From positions 74,958,001 through 75,022,000 of the forward strand of contig OX597830.1 of assembly GCA_951406725.2 (NCBI GenBank): a stretch of 64,000 bases of DNA, given 5' to 3'. Source of the stretch: Octopus vulgaris (lineage: Eukaryota). Of this stretch, positions 45,348-58,869 are shown piece by piece (within the stretch, counting starts at the first letter, position 1; each line of letters begins with the position of its first letter). Made by a program: the position numbers and the translations under genes. The notes under the pieces are model-generated. The model was not told the DNA's origin, made no database searches, and saw nothing but the letters and a program-made list of their open reading frames with translations.

Positions 45348-45854
45348 AATACATATGTACATGAATACATATGTTTGTGTGTGTGTATATATACACGAAT
45401 ATGTATGCATATGTATATATGTATATACATATATATACATGTATACATATATATACACAAATATATATACATGCTCTAAAAGTGGAAAATATTTTAACGG
45501 AACGACAAAATTGCCTCGACAGAGTATATTACTGGTACTCCTTTATAAAGCCACAGTTAAGCCACCCTATAGCTAACCTTTATTTTTTAAGCTGGGGGTT
45601 AGGCAAACTATTTAATTATCGATGCTTACATTTTTGCAGATTACGTATCGATTCGTTCTGCTTCTATTGAAATGAAAACATTTCTAGATATAAGAAAATA
45701 TATCGAACAAATCGCCTACCTCGTCGGGGTCTAGATTGGTATAATATAAGGAAGCAGAAACATATAAATGTATATATGTGTGTATGTATATCCGCACTTG
45801 CAGACATGTATATATATAAATATATATTTATATAATTTAAATAAACACATTGTT

Positions 45855-45946
<92 letters not shown>

Positions 45947-46741
45947 ATATATATATGAATGTATGCATGCGCATAGAAATGCCTGCATATGTATATATAT
46001 ATATCTATATATGTACACATGTATATATATAATCAAAAATCTCAAATATGGTTTATCAACATTGAATACAATATAGGGATAAAAAGGTCAATGTTTTTCG
46101 TTACTTTTTTTTTAACCAAATTATTGCAGACAGTTTTCTTCTCCAACCTGAAAGAACTTTAATAAAGTTCTATAATTATAAAACTTTGTAAAATAATCAA
46201 CTCTTATTAATCATTCTGAATTTAGATGTCTCAAACGGATACACGCCAATAGCTCATCTTAAGACAGAAAGATTTCCATCCAGCTCACTCTACATTGCCG
46301 TCCCTCAATAATAGTTCCATATATATATATATTTATATATATATATATGAACTATTCCCATCAATAATGATACACACATACATATCATGCATTGAATCTG
46401 CTTCTAACACCGACTGGTCTGCTCGCATTAGGATTTAAATGTCCACTGTATAAATTACGAAACAGGCGTTTTACTTTTTTTCATTGAAAGACGAACAAAG
46501 GTTACGGGAGACACTAATTCTTACTTGGGAGATACAGTGGTTTAGAATGTTTTACCACTGTGGTCTTTCATCTTTGATGCCACGATACTTCTTCACCTAC
46601 ATCCCTATTTAATATAAAATATTATAATATATGCAAATATATATTATTTGGGATAAAAGATTTCTCCTCAGAGAGAAAGATAGGAAAAACTATTCATAAA
46701 TTCATATGGAATATTGTGAACCAAATCCGACAAAAAGATAA

Positions 46742-46772
<31 letters not shown>

Positions 46773-47316
46773 TATACATATATATTCAGCCAAAAGCAAG
46801 AATGAAATAAAAATCTCATGTATATATGACATTTACGAAAAAGAATTACAAATTGACTGGAGTCTAATATTTGACTTTAAAAAATATATACGAATACACA
46901 TCACCAAAAACTCTGAATTATATTCAAATGAAGATATGAATATGAGTATGATAATTAAGTTGATAAATCATATATGGAAACGAATAAATTTAAAAGAAAA
47001 AGTTCCATGGAAAAGAACAATGAAAGACAATACAAAAATTTCAATATAAAGATCAATACAGTATATTGATGGAGAACTGAAACAGCGACCAATACATCCG
47101 GGATACCTATTACAGATATTGCAATAAAACCTTGATGGACGAAATGATTTCATATCAATAAATAAACAATTAATTACTGATGATCATTGTAATGAAAATA
47201 TTATTTATATATAGAGGTAAACATACACATACACGTACATACATATGCAAGCACATAAACACACACGTATGCATGCATACATATATATGCAACACAAACC
47301 TACATACATACATCAG

Positions 47317-47388
<72 letters not shown>

Positions 47389-47512
47389 ATGTGTGTATGA
47401 GTGTGTCTGTACGTAACAACTTCGTATCAGCGCACTGAAACTTAAAACATGTACATATCCACAAATGGAAACAGACGTACAGACTCTGTATATATACGCA
47501 CATATATACATG

Positions 47513-47545
<33 letters not shown>

Positions 47546-48473
47546 ATATATGTATGTATGCATATATACACACACGTATTTATATACTTATGCATATATA
47601 TACATGTATATATGTGTATACGTATATATATATGTTTATATATCATACACTTCTTTGAAGAGTTCAAAATCTATATTTGTTTTTTGTTGTTGTTTTTAAA
47701 ATTAATTTTTCTTTTTCATTTTTTTTTATCATTCAAATACACCACACGTTTTTTCCTCTCCCAACCCCTTTTTCTCCCCCACCAGTTTTCAAAAATATTG
47801 TATTGTTGTGACAAAAATGTTTGTTGAAGTTGTCAACATGCATAAAATATGAAGTATGAAGAGACAAATAAAGATGAAATCCCAAGGAAATTTTTTTTTT
47901 TCATTCCATCAAATCTTTTTTTTTTTTTAAATCTTATTTTCAGATGAACTCATTTATCCATCAGTAAAAAATTCGTCCCTTTGTTCCATAGATCATAATA
48001 TTCATTTGGAAAAAAAAGAGTAAAAAATAAAATACAATAAACATCTATCAATACTAAAGAATGACAAAATAAAAATAATAATAACAATAATGTATCTCTG
48101 ACTTTGATTCATTTTGTTTTAGTAATTTTATATTTCATTTTTTTTTTTTGAATCACATGTATTTAAAAAAAATATAGTTTGCGTGTGAAGTGTGAATTTT
48201 AAGGCCCTTTGAGACTTCGTACACATATGTAATGATATACATATATGTGTGCATAATGTGTGTTCTTACATATATATATGTATTAGTCGACATATATGTG
48301 TACATATATAAACATATTTATATATACAAATGTATGCGTGCATCTATCTATCTATATATATATATACATTTTTATATGTATATATGTTTGTATATATATA
48401 TGATATATATAAGCATGTGTGTATACACATACACATACACAGACGTACACACACACACATATATATATACATA

Positions 48474-48534
<61 letters not shown>

Positions 48535-48693
48535 GTATATCTATATACTTATCTATATGAATGACATTTTTGCTAATACTTTCAGTATTGGCTTATTATT
48601 GTTGATCTATACTGACACATATCTATGAGAACATGCACATATGTATGTGTATTTATATTAGAGCGAGAGAGGGGGAGAGAGAGAGTCGCATAC

Positions 48694-48735
<42 letters not shown>

Positions 48736-49092
48736 TAAGTAGCCCTGTCTGATACACTTTTACCACGTCGCGTCGTGTATCTTTCTCTATCTCACAAGAA
48801 ATCTAATATACTTTCAATGTCCTAAGTGTTCTTCACTCGCCATTCGTGTGCGAATATTTCCATAAATAACATATACATTCGCAGTGGTCTCATGTTGTAT
48901 TCGACAGCAAATTTTAAGCCAAATGCATTTTGCATTAAACAAAATCAGTAACATTCGCTGGAATACATACGTATGTATATATAAAAAGTGTCAGGTATGA
49001 GGGCTGAAAAACTTGTCGGATGGGAATCTTCTGAAGATCTCTCCTACTGTGCGCTCGCTTTGCAACGAACTTCTGTTATATATATTTATGCA

Positions 49093-49150
<58 letters not shown>

Positions 49151-49296
49151 GTGTGTGTGTGTATGTATATATAATTGACATAGGTAGATACATAGCAAAT
49201 TTTGTTAGAGTTGTGCGTGTTTTCAGGGACATACGTACATGCCCATATCTATTTTTGTCCATCTATCTATCTGAGTGTCTGTCTCTCAGTCTCTAG

Positions 49297-49339
<43 letters not shown>

Positions 49340-49342
49340 CCT

Positions 49343-49390
<48 letters not shown>

Positions 49391-49431
49391 GGAAAAGAGG
49401 GAGAAAGAGAGACTATAAATATATATATCCA

Positions 49432-49800
49432 AGGTGCAGGCGTGGCTGTGTAGTAAGAAAATTTCTTCCCAACCATATGGTTCCAGGTTCAGTCCCACTG
49501 CGTGGTAGCCTTGAGAAGTATCTTCTACTATAGCCACGGGCTGACGAAAGCCTTCTATATGGATTTGATGCACGGAAACTGAAAAAGCTCGTCGTATATA
49601 TATATTTGTCCCCGCCTCCCACCCCAACAACGCTTCACAACCGATGTTGGTATGCTTCCGCCCTGTAACTTAACGGTTCGGCAGAAGAGACCGATAGAAT
49701 AAGTATTGGGCTTACAAAGAATAAATCCTTGGATCGATTTGTTCTACTAAAGGCGGTGCATCAACATGGCCGCAGCCAAATAACAGAAAGAAGTAAAAAA
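49432..49800 (+). mobile_element. tRNA-derived SINE family A, full length
   Basis: aggtgcaggcgtggctgtgtagtaag...ggttcagtcccactgcgtgg...ggcggtgcatcaacatggccgcag. Confidence 0.85.
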
Positions 49801-50559
49801 AAAATTTTAAAAAATATACACATGATATAATATTCATATCAGTACACACATAATACATAACTCCCTATGCGCGCGCACATATATATATATATTTGGCCTG
49901 TGTATTTAAGAATAATGACGTCCATTTTAGTTTCTTATTCACCCTTTAGTAGTTCATATTAGCTTAAAAATTAAATACATATATTTAACAAAATATTCAG
50001 TGAGGTTTTATTGATAGTGAACTGTAGCAATAAGCTACGATTGAATAACTGTATCTTGGAGCAATGAGTGGACACTTTACAATTCATTTCGTATAAATAG
50101 CAAAGATACCGTACTGTCTTGTATTGCGAGATAGTATTTCGATAATATTCTTATTCATTTATTGCACGAAGATATAGTACAAATTAAGTCCAACAGGATG
50201 ACTTCATACCACAAGAAAGTCAGAATTCTGATCTCTCTATGAACATCATATTAATCTAGAGTGTCTGTTCATGCAAACTTTTGCATTTTGTATTCACTAT
50301 ACCAGCTTAAGCAGTTAATGTCTCTGCGACACGGAATACATATTCTCTGTCTGATTAACGTTTAAGAACAATTGAAACTAGTGAAATCGTTGCTTTCATT
50401 GCACACGGCAAGTTATAAGCGTGTTGTAAGCATTTTGTAGTTTTTCAAAATGAGGCTAACTTCTATGCAAACATAAGATCTAACCTCGATCTGAAAAGTG
50501 AGTATGAGCCAACATTTCAAATTCTTTAAATCATTCTATGTGTGGCTAATTCTTCGGTG

Positions 50560-51042
50560 GTTATGGAAGTCCACTGCAATCTCAACTCGAACTAAACTCA
50601 GTTTATTTAGTTCAAATGTAAAATCTGTGCTTTTGTATGGCTCTGAAACATGGAGAGCCATCTGCAGATCTGCAGCAACTACAAGAAGATCCAGACCTTC
50701 ATCTACAAATGTCTCCGGCAGATCCTCCATCTGAAGTGGTTCGACAGTGTCAAACACCGACCTGTGGGAAAGGGACAACCAGGAGCCCATACACGTTCAG
50801 ATTGGACGAAGGAAATGGATATTGATCGGACACACACTGCAGAAAGAACCCTTAAATGTAACACGACAAACAATTGATTGGAACCCCCCGGGGGGGAAAG
50901 GAAGCGAGGACTCCCGAAGCAGACATGGAAGCGGAGCATTTTGGACGAGCTCAGGACCACCGGCTTGACATTGGGAGCAGACAAGAAACACGCAAAACAA
51001 CTGTTGAGGCCCTCTGCTTCACAAGGGGCAAAAAGGATTAAG
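50560..51042 (+). mobile_element. RTE-clade LINE 3' fragment (frameshifted ORF C-terminus)
   Basis: Frames give TKLSLFSSNVKSVLLYGSETW, KKIQTFIYKCLRQILHLKW, SNTDLWER, RRKWILIGHTL, WNPPGGERKRGLPKQTWKR: typical post-RT motifs of RTE elements. Confidence 0.9.
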
Positions 51043-51048
51043 GAGAAT

Positions 51049-51757
51049 GTGTGGATAATTAACCAGTGTTTAAATAATCAACTGATTAATCCATGTTATT
51101 AGCAAGCGCTCTTTTATTTAATTTAAACAGGCCAGTTTAATCCTGGCCACTTTTATGTAAACTTTCACTTAAATTTAACCAAACAAAACCCACTTGCTTT
51201 ATATGGAAGGATAAATAATATATCAATCAGGTAGATGCACATTACATATTAAATTATGCACCTGCGCGCGCACGCACTCACACCCACTCCTGCAAATACT
51301 TAGATTTTCAAAGATCGTCGAAAGGAATAGCAACAAGAAAAATTAAGAACGATGTAAAATTATTAGTTTGGCGCTTAATTAGAGACTAGGACAGTGGAAA
51401 TATCTTTGACGTTTCGAACTTAATATCTTCTTCAGGTATTTAAGTACATAAAAAGAAGACTGAAGAGAAGAGAATGAGAAGATGCGCCTAATGGAGAAAA
51501 CATACACACACATATGCAATTACGCAATGACACTCACACACGCAGACATACGTAGTTTAATATGTAATGTACGTCTACCTAATTAATATATATTTTGTCC
51601 TTCTCTTTAAAGCAAGTAGGTATTGTTTGTTTAAATTTAGGTAAACTTAGCAAACTTGGGCAAGATTAAACAGGTCCGTTTAAATTGAATAAAAGAGCGC
51701 GTTCTGATAACATGGATTATTTAATTGATTATTGAAACATTTATTAATTAACCACAC
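51049..51757. repeat. Long imperfect inverted repeat (arms ~51049-51266 and ~51541-51757)
   Basis: Complementary blocks such as aatccatgttat/ataacatggatt, gcgctcttttatt/aataaaagagcgc, acttgcttta/taaagcaagt and acattacatattaaa/tttaatatgtaatgt, in reversed order. Confidence 0.85.
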
Positions 51758-52360
51758 GTAGAGAAAAGAACGTGGGCGTGAGCTTAATATCCCTTTATTT
51801 TATCTGTTTAGCGTTTTTCTGTATACGATAATGAAATTGGGAACACCATAAAGGCGCTCAAAAGAAGCATCTTATGTACAGTATACACGATCAAATCTGG
51901 AGATATCCTCAGAGAAGCAAACCACAAACAACTTATGTGAAAACCCGACAGATACAAAACCAAGGAGAGGAGAGCAAGGGGGAACAGATGTGGTAGGATT
52001 TAAGCTCCCTAATCGCAAATATAAAATAGTCTACGTAAAATATGAGTTAATCGCCAACCAGAATGTAGCGACATAGGTCACTTGATCCACATTAGTAGAA
52101 GGAAGAGAGGCAAGCGTGCAGAATAACGTAACTGTATGTCTGAGATTTCTATTTTTGTGCCGGAAGATAATGTGTGTTGCATTCATAAGGTGCATCGATG
52201 GATTGCAATTATAGAGTAACATCTTTTAATTACCGAACTCTGAAACATTTGTAACAAACCCCATAAAAGTATACCAAGTTCATGCTTGTATTTATCTCAC
52301 TTGTTAGTGATGTGCTTTCCATACTATCATGCTAATTTAGTAGCTAGCTAGCTAGCTAGC

Positions 52361-52476
<116 letters not shown>

Positions 52477-53344
52477 GCTTGGAGTCTGAGTTTCCCTTGA
52501 ATGCATTAACCCTACATGAGCGGGATATGAGCGTTGATACTGTAAAACATGTTGATGTAACAGGGATGTGTTACAGTATTATACAACGTTGACTGTATAG
52601 CATCCTTGTAAGCTATTTAATGTGGCGACAAAATATCCGATTTCTGATGCACCTTATATGATCGAAGAATTAGGTTTGGAGCTCCAAATTAATCAAAAGT
52701 ATTAACTGCACAGCACACCTTGAGCAGGTATCTGCTACTATAGTTCCTGGCCGACAAATTCCATGTTAGTGAATACGGTTGACAGAATCTACACGAAAGC
52801 CTGTTATATACGTATGCGACTGTATATGTGTTTATGTGCGTGTGTTTTTGCGTTCATCCCATTTGACAGCTTTACAACCGGCGTTCTTTTGTTTACGTCC
52901 TTGTATTATGGAGGTTCCGCAAAAGAATACCGATACAATAAGTGCCAGACTGTAATAAAACAACAAACTCTCGTGTCGATTTATTGGACTAAATTCTTCA
53001 GCGTGATGCCACTGATTGGCTACAGTCGAATGATTGAAAGAAATAAATGATGAAAGATAAAACATATCAAATGCATATAAATGTATTTATCCGTATCTTT
53101 TCTATTATTTATACACACGAGATTGTCTCATTAATATTCTTTGGTTTCTTGGAAATTGGCAAAGTCTGAAACACAAAGAAATAATCCAGGCAATTTCAGA
53201 TTATACTTGAGTCTGTATATTACTCTATATCAATGCTAGACTGAAGCACAGCTTGTTGGTGGACATAAGATCACTGAGAAGTGTAGCCGTTAAAGGCGTA
53301 TCTTCCAGGATAACTCTTTCAGCTGTTGTTCTTTGCTATCATAG

Positions 53345-53578
53345 TGAAGGCCCATGGCCAAGTGCTGATTGTGTTGCACATATGATCGCATAATCGTAAA
53401 TTTGGTTCCTGAACCAAATTCTATGTTGTATTCTTGAGCAAAATATTTCCTTTTACTTTGCAGTAGTCAACCCAATAATGAATGAATAGACGTTTGTTCA
53501 GAAAAAAAAATGTAATGTCAGTCACTTATACGCCATGGAAATCGGGTAATTCTCACTATGAGTCCTAGTACTTAGGAA
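53345..53578 (+). mobile_element. SINE family D, degenerate
   Basis: gtgaaggcccatggccaagtg...gttgtattcttgagcaaaa...atacgccatggaaatcggg...atgagtcc, colinear with 60030-60265. Confidence 0.55.
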
Positions 53579-53639
53579 AAGTTTTGGCGACGATGATGCC
53601 CATAGTTACTCCATTGCCATTAAGAATTTTTTTTCATTT

Positions 53640-53845
53640 CTAATCTAGGCACAAGGCCCGAAATTTTGGGAGAGGCGGCCAGTCGATTACATCGATCCCA
53701 GAACATAACTGGTAATTAATTTATCGACTCTGAAAGGATGAAAGGCTAAGTCGACCTCGCGGAATTTGAACTAAGAACGTAAAGACAGACGAAATATCGC
53801 TAAGCATTTCGCCCGGCGTGCTAATGATTCTGCCAGCTCACCGAA
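53640..53845 (-). mobile_element. SINE family B, near full length
   Basis: Minus strand gagctggcagaatcattagcacgccgggcgaaatgcttagcg...agttcaaattccgcgaggtcgac...cctttcatcctttcagagtcgataaattaattaccag. Confidence 0.85.
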
Positions 53846-54029
53846 TTTACCGTTAAGAAAAATTAACATGGCCTATATACTAGAAAGAATGGCAGTTATA
53901 TATATCGGCTATACTATATGGATGGATATATTGCGATGCATTAAGAGGCGACAGACCATTCGTTAAAATAATAGTGGTGTGGCCATTGAAGTGACATTTG
54001 AGCGTAGTTCGGTGTAGGAAAATGCTCAA

Positions 54030-55040
54030 TTTTAGCCATAAAGAGAGGAAATGGTTCCCATTTTAATGGAAGAATGGATTTTGAGACGTGATGATACTGG
54101 ACATATGTATCTTGGTATAAGGGAAGTCGATGATATAGGAAAGAAAATGTAAAAGTATTAGATTTGCAAATAATATATTCATAAAAGTCCTAAATTAATT
54201 CAAAGAACTTGATAAATGCAATCAAAATGGAAGCAGCTGTCGTGCAATATTTTATTACTAGCATAGTGGATTAGACGAAAGATGAAATTAATACATTAAA
54301 CGGACAAACAGGAACAACCTGGTAAAGCATGGAATGCTTCATCGAAGGCAATTGTCAATCATTTATACATGAAACGTGAAATAAGTCTTAGTATTTCTGA
54401 TTGCGTGGAACGGAGATAAAGAAATCTGTAAGCCAACAATTTGCAAAGAGTGGATAAGTATTTAAGAATGCTGCAGTGGGAATAAGACTTACATGAAGAG
54501 AATTGAAGAAAAGGAATTATGCAAACTGAGATCTTTCCTCTTCATGTCCGGAAAATTTGTAAGAGAAAAATGCGTTATAAGAAATGCAGTGACATGGATA
54601 GTTCCATAGAGACCAAAAATGTGAAGAAAAATTACACTGAGTGTGAGTTGCTCCAAACTGAAGATTTCAAGAGAGAAACCGAGAATTTGTTAGTAGCTCC
54701 ACGAGATCAAGCATTAATCACTAATTCAGTGAGGAAAAGTATTTTTTTCACTGCTACAACGAACAATCAGCCAGTAGAAAATATTAATAATTTGGTACCA
54801 GACAAGGAAATGTTAACTCAGAGGGTTTTCAAGCGACAATATAACATTTGTCTATATTTATACTGGTCACTTTAGAAAATATATGGATACAGACGAGAGA
54901 CATAGAGTAAAGACGAGGGACATAATCAAGTTGTCGAAAAATGAAACCTGTGAACCAAAAATCTCTATGTTAATTTCATATTCTGTTAGACTGAAAAATT
55001 GATCTTCGTAGATTAGATATCATTATATATGGTATTATAA
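54030..55040 (+). mobile_element. Decayed R4/Dong-type (RLE) non-LTR retrotransposon fragment
   Basis: Remnant motifs NLINAI, IVD*TKDEI, HGMLH, LYMKR, FKRETENLLVAPRDQALITNS and NICLYLYWSL resemble the R4/Dong post-RT region; many stops and frameshifts. Confidence 0.7.
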
Positions 55041-55159
55041 GTGATAATGCTCCATAATGGACGTTACAATTTCATCATTCAAAATTATTGCAAAGAAAAT
55101 ATAAATTTCGAAATGTCCTCAATTAAAAATTGTAATATCAGATATGTAGTGAAACCCAG

Positions 55160-55497
55160 TGTGAAGGCGCATGGCTCAGTGATTAGAGCGTCGAGCTTAC
55201 GATCGTGAGGTTGTGAGCTCGAATCCCAGACCGGGCTGCGTGTTGTGTTCTTGAGCAAGACACTTGATTTCACGTTGCTCCAGTTAACTCAGCTGTAGAA
55301 ATGAGTTGCGACGTCACGGGTGCCAAGCTGTATCGGCTGCTGCCTTTTCCTTGGATAACACAGGTGGCGTGGAGAGGGGAGGCTGGTATGCATGGGCGAC
55401 TGCTGGGCTTCCATAAACCACCTTGCCCAGACTTGTGACTAGGAGGGTAACTTTCTAGGTGCAATCCCATGGTCAGTGTCGTGACCGAAGGGTGTCC
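55160..55497 (+). mobile_element. tRNA-headed SINE family C with RTE-like 3' part
   Basis: A box tggctcagtgatt, B-box-like gctcgaatccc; middle ttgtgttcttgagcaagacac..cacgttgctccagt..ctcagctg..aaatgagt shared with 60030-60265; 3' part colinear with 36150-36350. Confidence 0.8.
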
Positions 55498-55679
55498 CGA
55501 GTAAAACCCAGAAGCAAAATCGTGATCGTACAATATCAGTCTTCCACAGACCTACTCTATTAGGCCGACCCACTATGTTTAAGATCATTTGAAGGTTGAC
55601 AGCCAACTAAAACGAGTCACAGCAAAAGCGATATTTCAATAAGCAAAACATTAACGACAAATATAATAATAATTCTTTC

Positions 55680-56255
55680 TAATCTTGACAAAAGACAGTA
55701 ATTTTCGGGTGGGTAGGCAGTCGATTACTCCGATCCTTCACTAATACTTTTGTTATTGACTTCCGAAGGTTAAAAGGTAGAACTGATATTGGTGAGATTT
55801 GAAATTAGAAGATAAAGAGCTGGAACAAATAAAGATAAGCATTTCGTTTAGCGTTCTTGCCATTCTACCAGCTCACCGCCTTAATAATTCTGTCTACAAT
55901 AGGCACAAGACCAGAATATTCGGGTGAAGCGGTTAGTCGATAATATCGACCACAGTGTTCAACTGGTATTCATTTCAACAACCCTGAAAGCATGAACGGC
56001 AAATGTGACCTCGTTACTCGCTACCTTAATAAGGATAATCATTTCTAGTGTTGGCAATAAGGCCTGAAAGTTTGAGGGACGGGACTAGTCGGTGATATTG
56101 ACCCCAGCGTTCTACTGGTAATTATTTATTTAGCCCCGAGAAATGAAGGCCAAATGTCGACCTCGATCGTATTTCGGATCACAACCTAAAGATGTGAAGA
56201 AATGTCGTTAAGTATTTCGTGCGGCCTGCTGACTATTCTGCCCGTTTGTTGCCTT
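55680..56255 (-). mobile_element. Three tandem SINE family B copies
   Basis: Repeated ggcacaagacc/aggcctgaaa..gtcga..atcgacc...ctggta...gaaagcatgaa..gacctcg modules, all in the same orientation. Confidence 0.7.
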
Positions 56256-56344
56256 AACAACAATAACAACAAGAGCAACACAAACAACAACAGCAACAAC
56301 AACAGCAGCAGCAACAACACAACGACAACAACAACAATAATAAT

Positions 56345-56915
56345 GCAGTATCAGGCAGCGGCTCTCATGGCTTCTGATCTTAACTGTTTGGAAGTGTTAT
56401 CGTGTGCATTGTTTTGTCTTGGTATAAAAGATGGGCGACAGCAAATATTCTGCTCAATACCACAGATTTGCTTATCAGTTGTTTGACCATAACCAGTTCA
56501 GCATGTCCCTTAGTGGCTGACGATATGTGCATCTCTGATCATGAGCAGAAGTAGTTGGGGAGCATCATAGCCATGTATTGAAAATAATTCTTCAGTGTTT
56601 TTATAATTCACCATTGGAAACTTTTGTTTAGTGATACTTCGTCTGCCGCTACGTTCTGAGTTCAAATTCCGCCGTTTTGTTCAGCATCCTAAAACAACCC
56701 TTATTTAGGGTCCTTTTGAGTGGGATGGGCTACTCGAGCCGAAGAAAATTTTAACTGGGCCCACCTGCAAGGTCATGCACTGTTTATCTTGATACGTGTG
56801 GTTGTGATGCATGTGCCTCGTGTACTCTTACCAGACGAGTAGTCGCGATGTTTGTACTGGGCTTTGTATATTTTACCCCAGTGTCACTTTGATGGCATGC
56901 ACCCCTGTCTCACTC
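56345..56915 (+). mobile_element. (AAT)n-flanked retroposon copy 2, containing a short SINE B fragment (~56625-56675)
   Basis: Same 5' start and 3' end as 7775-8330; the internal cgtctgccgctacgttctgagttcaaattccgccg is family B sequence. Confidence 0.8.
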
Positions 56916-56929
56916 AATAGTAATAATTG

Positions 56930-57452
56930 TTTTCAATATTTTCCACAAGGAGAGCAAGTTTGGGGGAGGGGATGAGTCGAGTACATCGACCCCAATACCT
57001 GACTGGTGCATTATTTATCAACCCCGAAAAGCAAAGTCGACCTCGGCCCAATTATACTCCTTTCTACTATAGGCACAAGGCCTGAAATTTGTTTGGAAAG
57101 GACTAGTCGATCAGATCGAGCTTAGTATTTCCCTGGCACTTAACATATCGACCCCGACAGAATGAAAGGAAATTCGACCTCGGCGAAACTTTAGCTCAGA
57201 ACGTACGGAGGGGTGAAATACCTATTTCTTTACTTCCCACAATGGGCTAAACACAGAGAGGACAAACAAGGACAGACAAACGGATTATGTCGATTAAATC
57301 GACCGCAGTGCGTAACTGGTGCTTATTTAATCGACCCTGAAAGGATGAAAGGAAAAGTCGACCTCGGCGGAATTTGAACTCAGAACGTAGCGGCAGACGA
57401 AGTATCACTAAGGATTTCGCCCAGTGTGCTAACGTTTCTGCCAGCTCACCAC
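56930..57452 (-). mobile_element. Three tandem SINE family B copies
   Basis: The best-preserved copy (57240-57452) reads gagctggcagaaacgttagcacactgggcgaaat...gagttcaaattccgccgaggtcgac...cctttcatcctttcagggtcga on the minus strand. Confidence 0.8.
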
Positions 57453-57455
57453 CCA

Positions 57456-57521
<66 letters not shown>

Positions 57522-57522
<1 letters not shown>

Positions 57523-57855
57523 GGGAGCATCATAGCCATGTGTTGAGAAGGATTCTTTGGGGTTTGAATAATTCACCTCTGGAAACATGGGTGTTTCGTT
57601 CAACGTCCTTAAACAACCCTTATTCAGGGACCTTTTGAGCGGGATGGGTTACTTGATCTGAAGAAAATTCTAACTGGGCTCCACCTGCAAGGTCATGTGC
57701 TGTTTATCTTGATATGAGATCACCATGTCGCACACATATGGTTGTGATGCATGTGCCTGGTGTACCCTTATCAGACGGGTAGTCATGATGGGTATACTGG
57801 GCTTCGTATATTTTACCCCAGTGTCACTTTGATGGCATGCTCTGCTCGCTCACTC
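57522..57855 (+). mobile_element. (AAT)n-flanked retroposon copy 3, 5'-truncated
   Basis: Matches the 3' ~330 bp of copies 1 and 2; perfect (AAT)n on both sides. Confidence 0.85.
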
Positions 57856-57914
<59 letters not shown>

Positions 57915-57916
<2 letters not shown>

Positions 57917-58110
57917 TCCATAAGACCTAAAATTTGTGGGGAGGGGACTAGACGATTGTATCGATCGCTGTGATTCACTGGTATTTAATTTATCTATCTC
58001 GAAAGCACGAAAGGCAATATCGACCACGGCGGTATTTGAACACAGAACATAGCGAGTGGTGAAATATTGAGGAACATTTGGTCCAGCGTGCTAACGTTTC
58101 TGCCAGCTAG
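57915..58110 (-). mobile_element. SINE family B copy
   Basis: Ends ...gtgctaacgtttctgccagct, as in the other copies. Confidence 0.75.
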
Positions 58111-58151
58111 AGGGAGAATATATAACGATTCTTTGGGAACACTGAACTATC

Positions 58152-58320
58152 AGACGCAGGAGTGGCTGTGTAGTAAGTAGCTTGCTAACCAACCACATGG
58201 TTCCGGGTTCAGTCCCACTGCGTGGCATCTTGGGCAAGTGTCTTCTGCTATAGCCCCGGGCCGACCAATGCCTTGTGAGTGGATTTGGTAGACGGAAACT
58301 GAAAGAAGCCTGTCGTATAA

Positions 58321-58380
<60 letters not shown>

Positions 58381-58583
58381 GTGTGTCTGTGTTTGTTCCT
58401 CTAGCATTGCTTGACAACCGATGCTGGTGTGTTTATGTCCCCGTCACTTAGCGGTTCGACAAAAGAGACCGATAGAATAAGTACTGGGATTACAAAGAAT
58501 AAGTCCCGGGGTCAATTTCGTCGTCTAAAGGCGATGCTCCAGCATAGCCACAGTCAAAATGACTGAAACAAGTAAAAGAGAGT
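58152..58583 (+). mobile_element. tRNA-derived SINE family A, full length, well preserved
   Basis: A and B boxes, body, internal (TA)n-(TG)n and tail; nearly identical to the reverse complement of 60363-60799. Confidence 0.9.
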
Positions 58584-58598
58584 ATCAAAGTTGATATA

Positions 58599-58710
58599 CC
58601 GGATATTGTTGTGAACGACCAACACAATAAAGTATTTTTATTGATTGACATGAGCAGATTACGTGACCCTAATATGTCAGCAAAAGAACTGGATAAGCTC
58701 ACATGGTATA
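58599..58710 (+). mobile_element. Restriction-like endonuclease fragment of an R4/Dong-type LINE
   Basis: Translates PDIVVNDQHNKVFLLIDMSRLRDPNMSAKELDKLTWY, matching the PD...D...K..KY pattern of RLE domains. Confidence 0.7.
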
Positions 58711-58869
58711 GTTATACGGTAATTGTTGCGACTTTGTGTACTTTAAGCTCAAATCCGATGTATGTCAACTTTGCTCTTCGTACTTCATAATGTACTTGTC
58801 ATATGCTTCAATCAAATTCTCTTTCTATTTACACTTTATTTTCTTTATCTATCGCTGATTTTGCACAAC

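Noticed and set aside
55165-55230. tRNA gene (also at 37630-37700, 60200-60265 and family A heads)
   Set aside because: A and B boxes are present, but there is no complete cloverleaf or acceptor stem and the sequence continues into SINE bodies.
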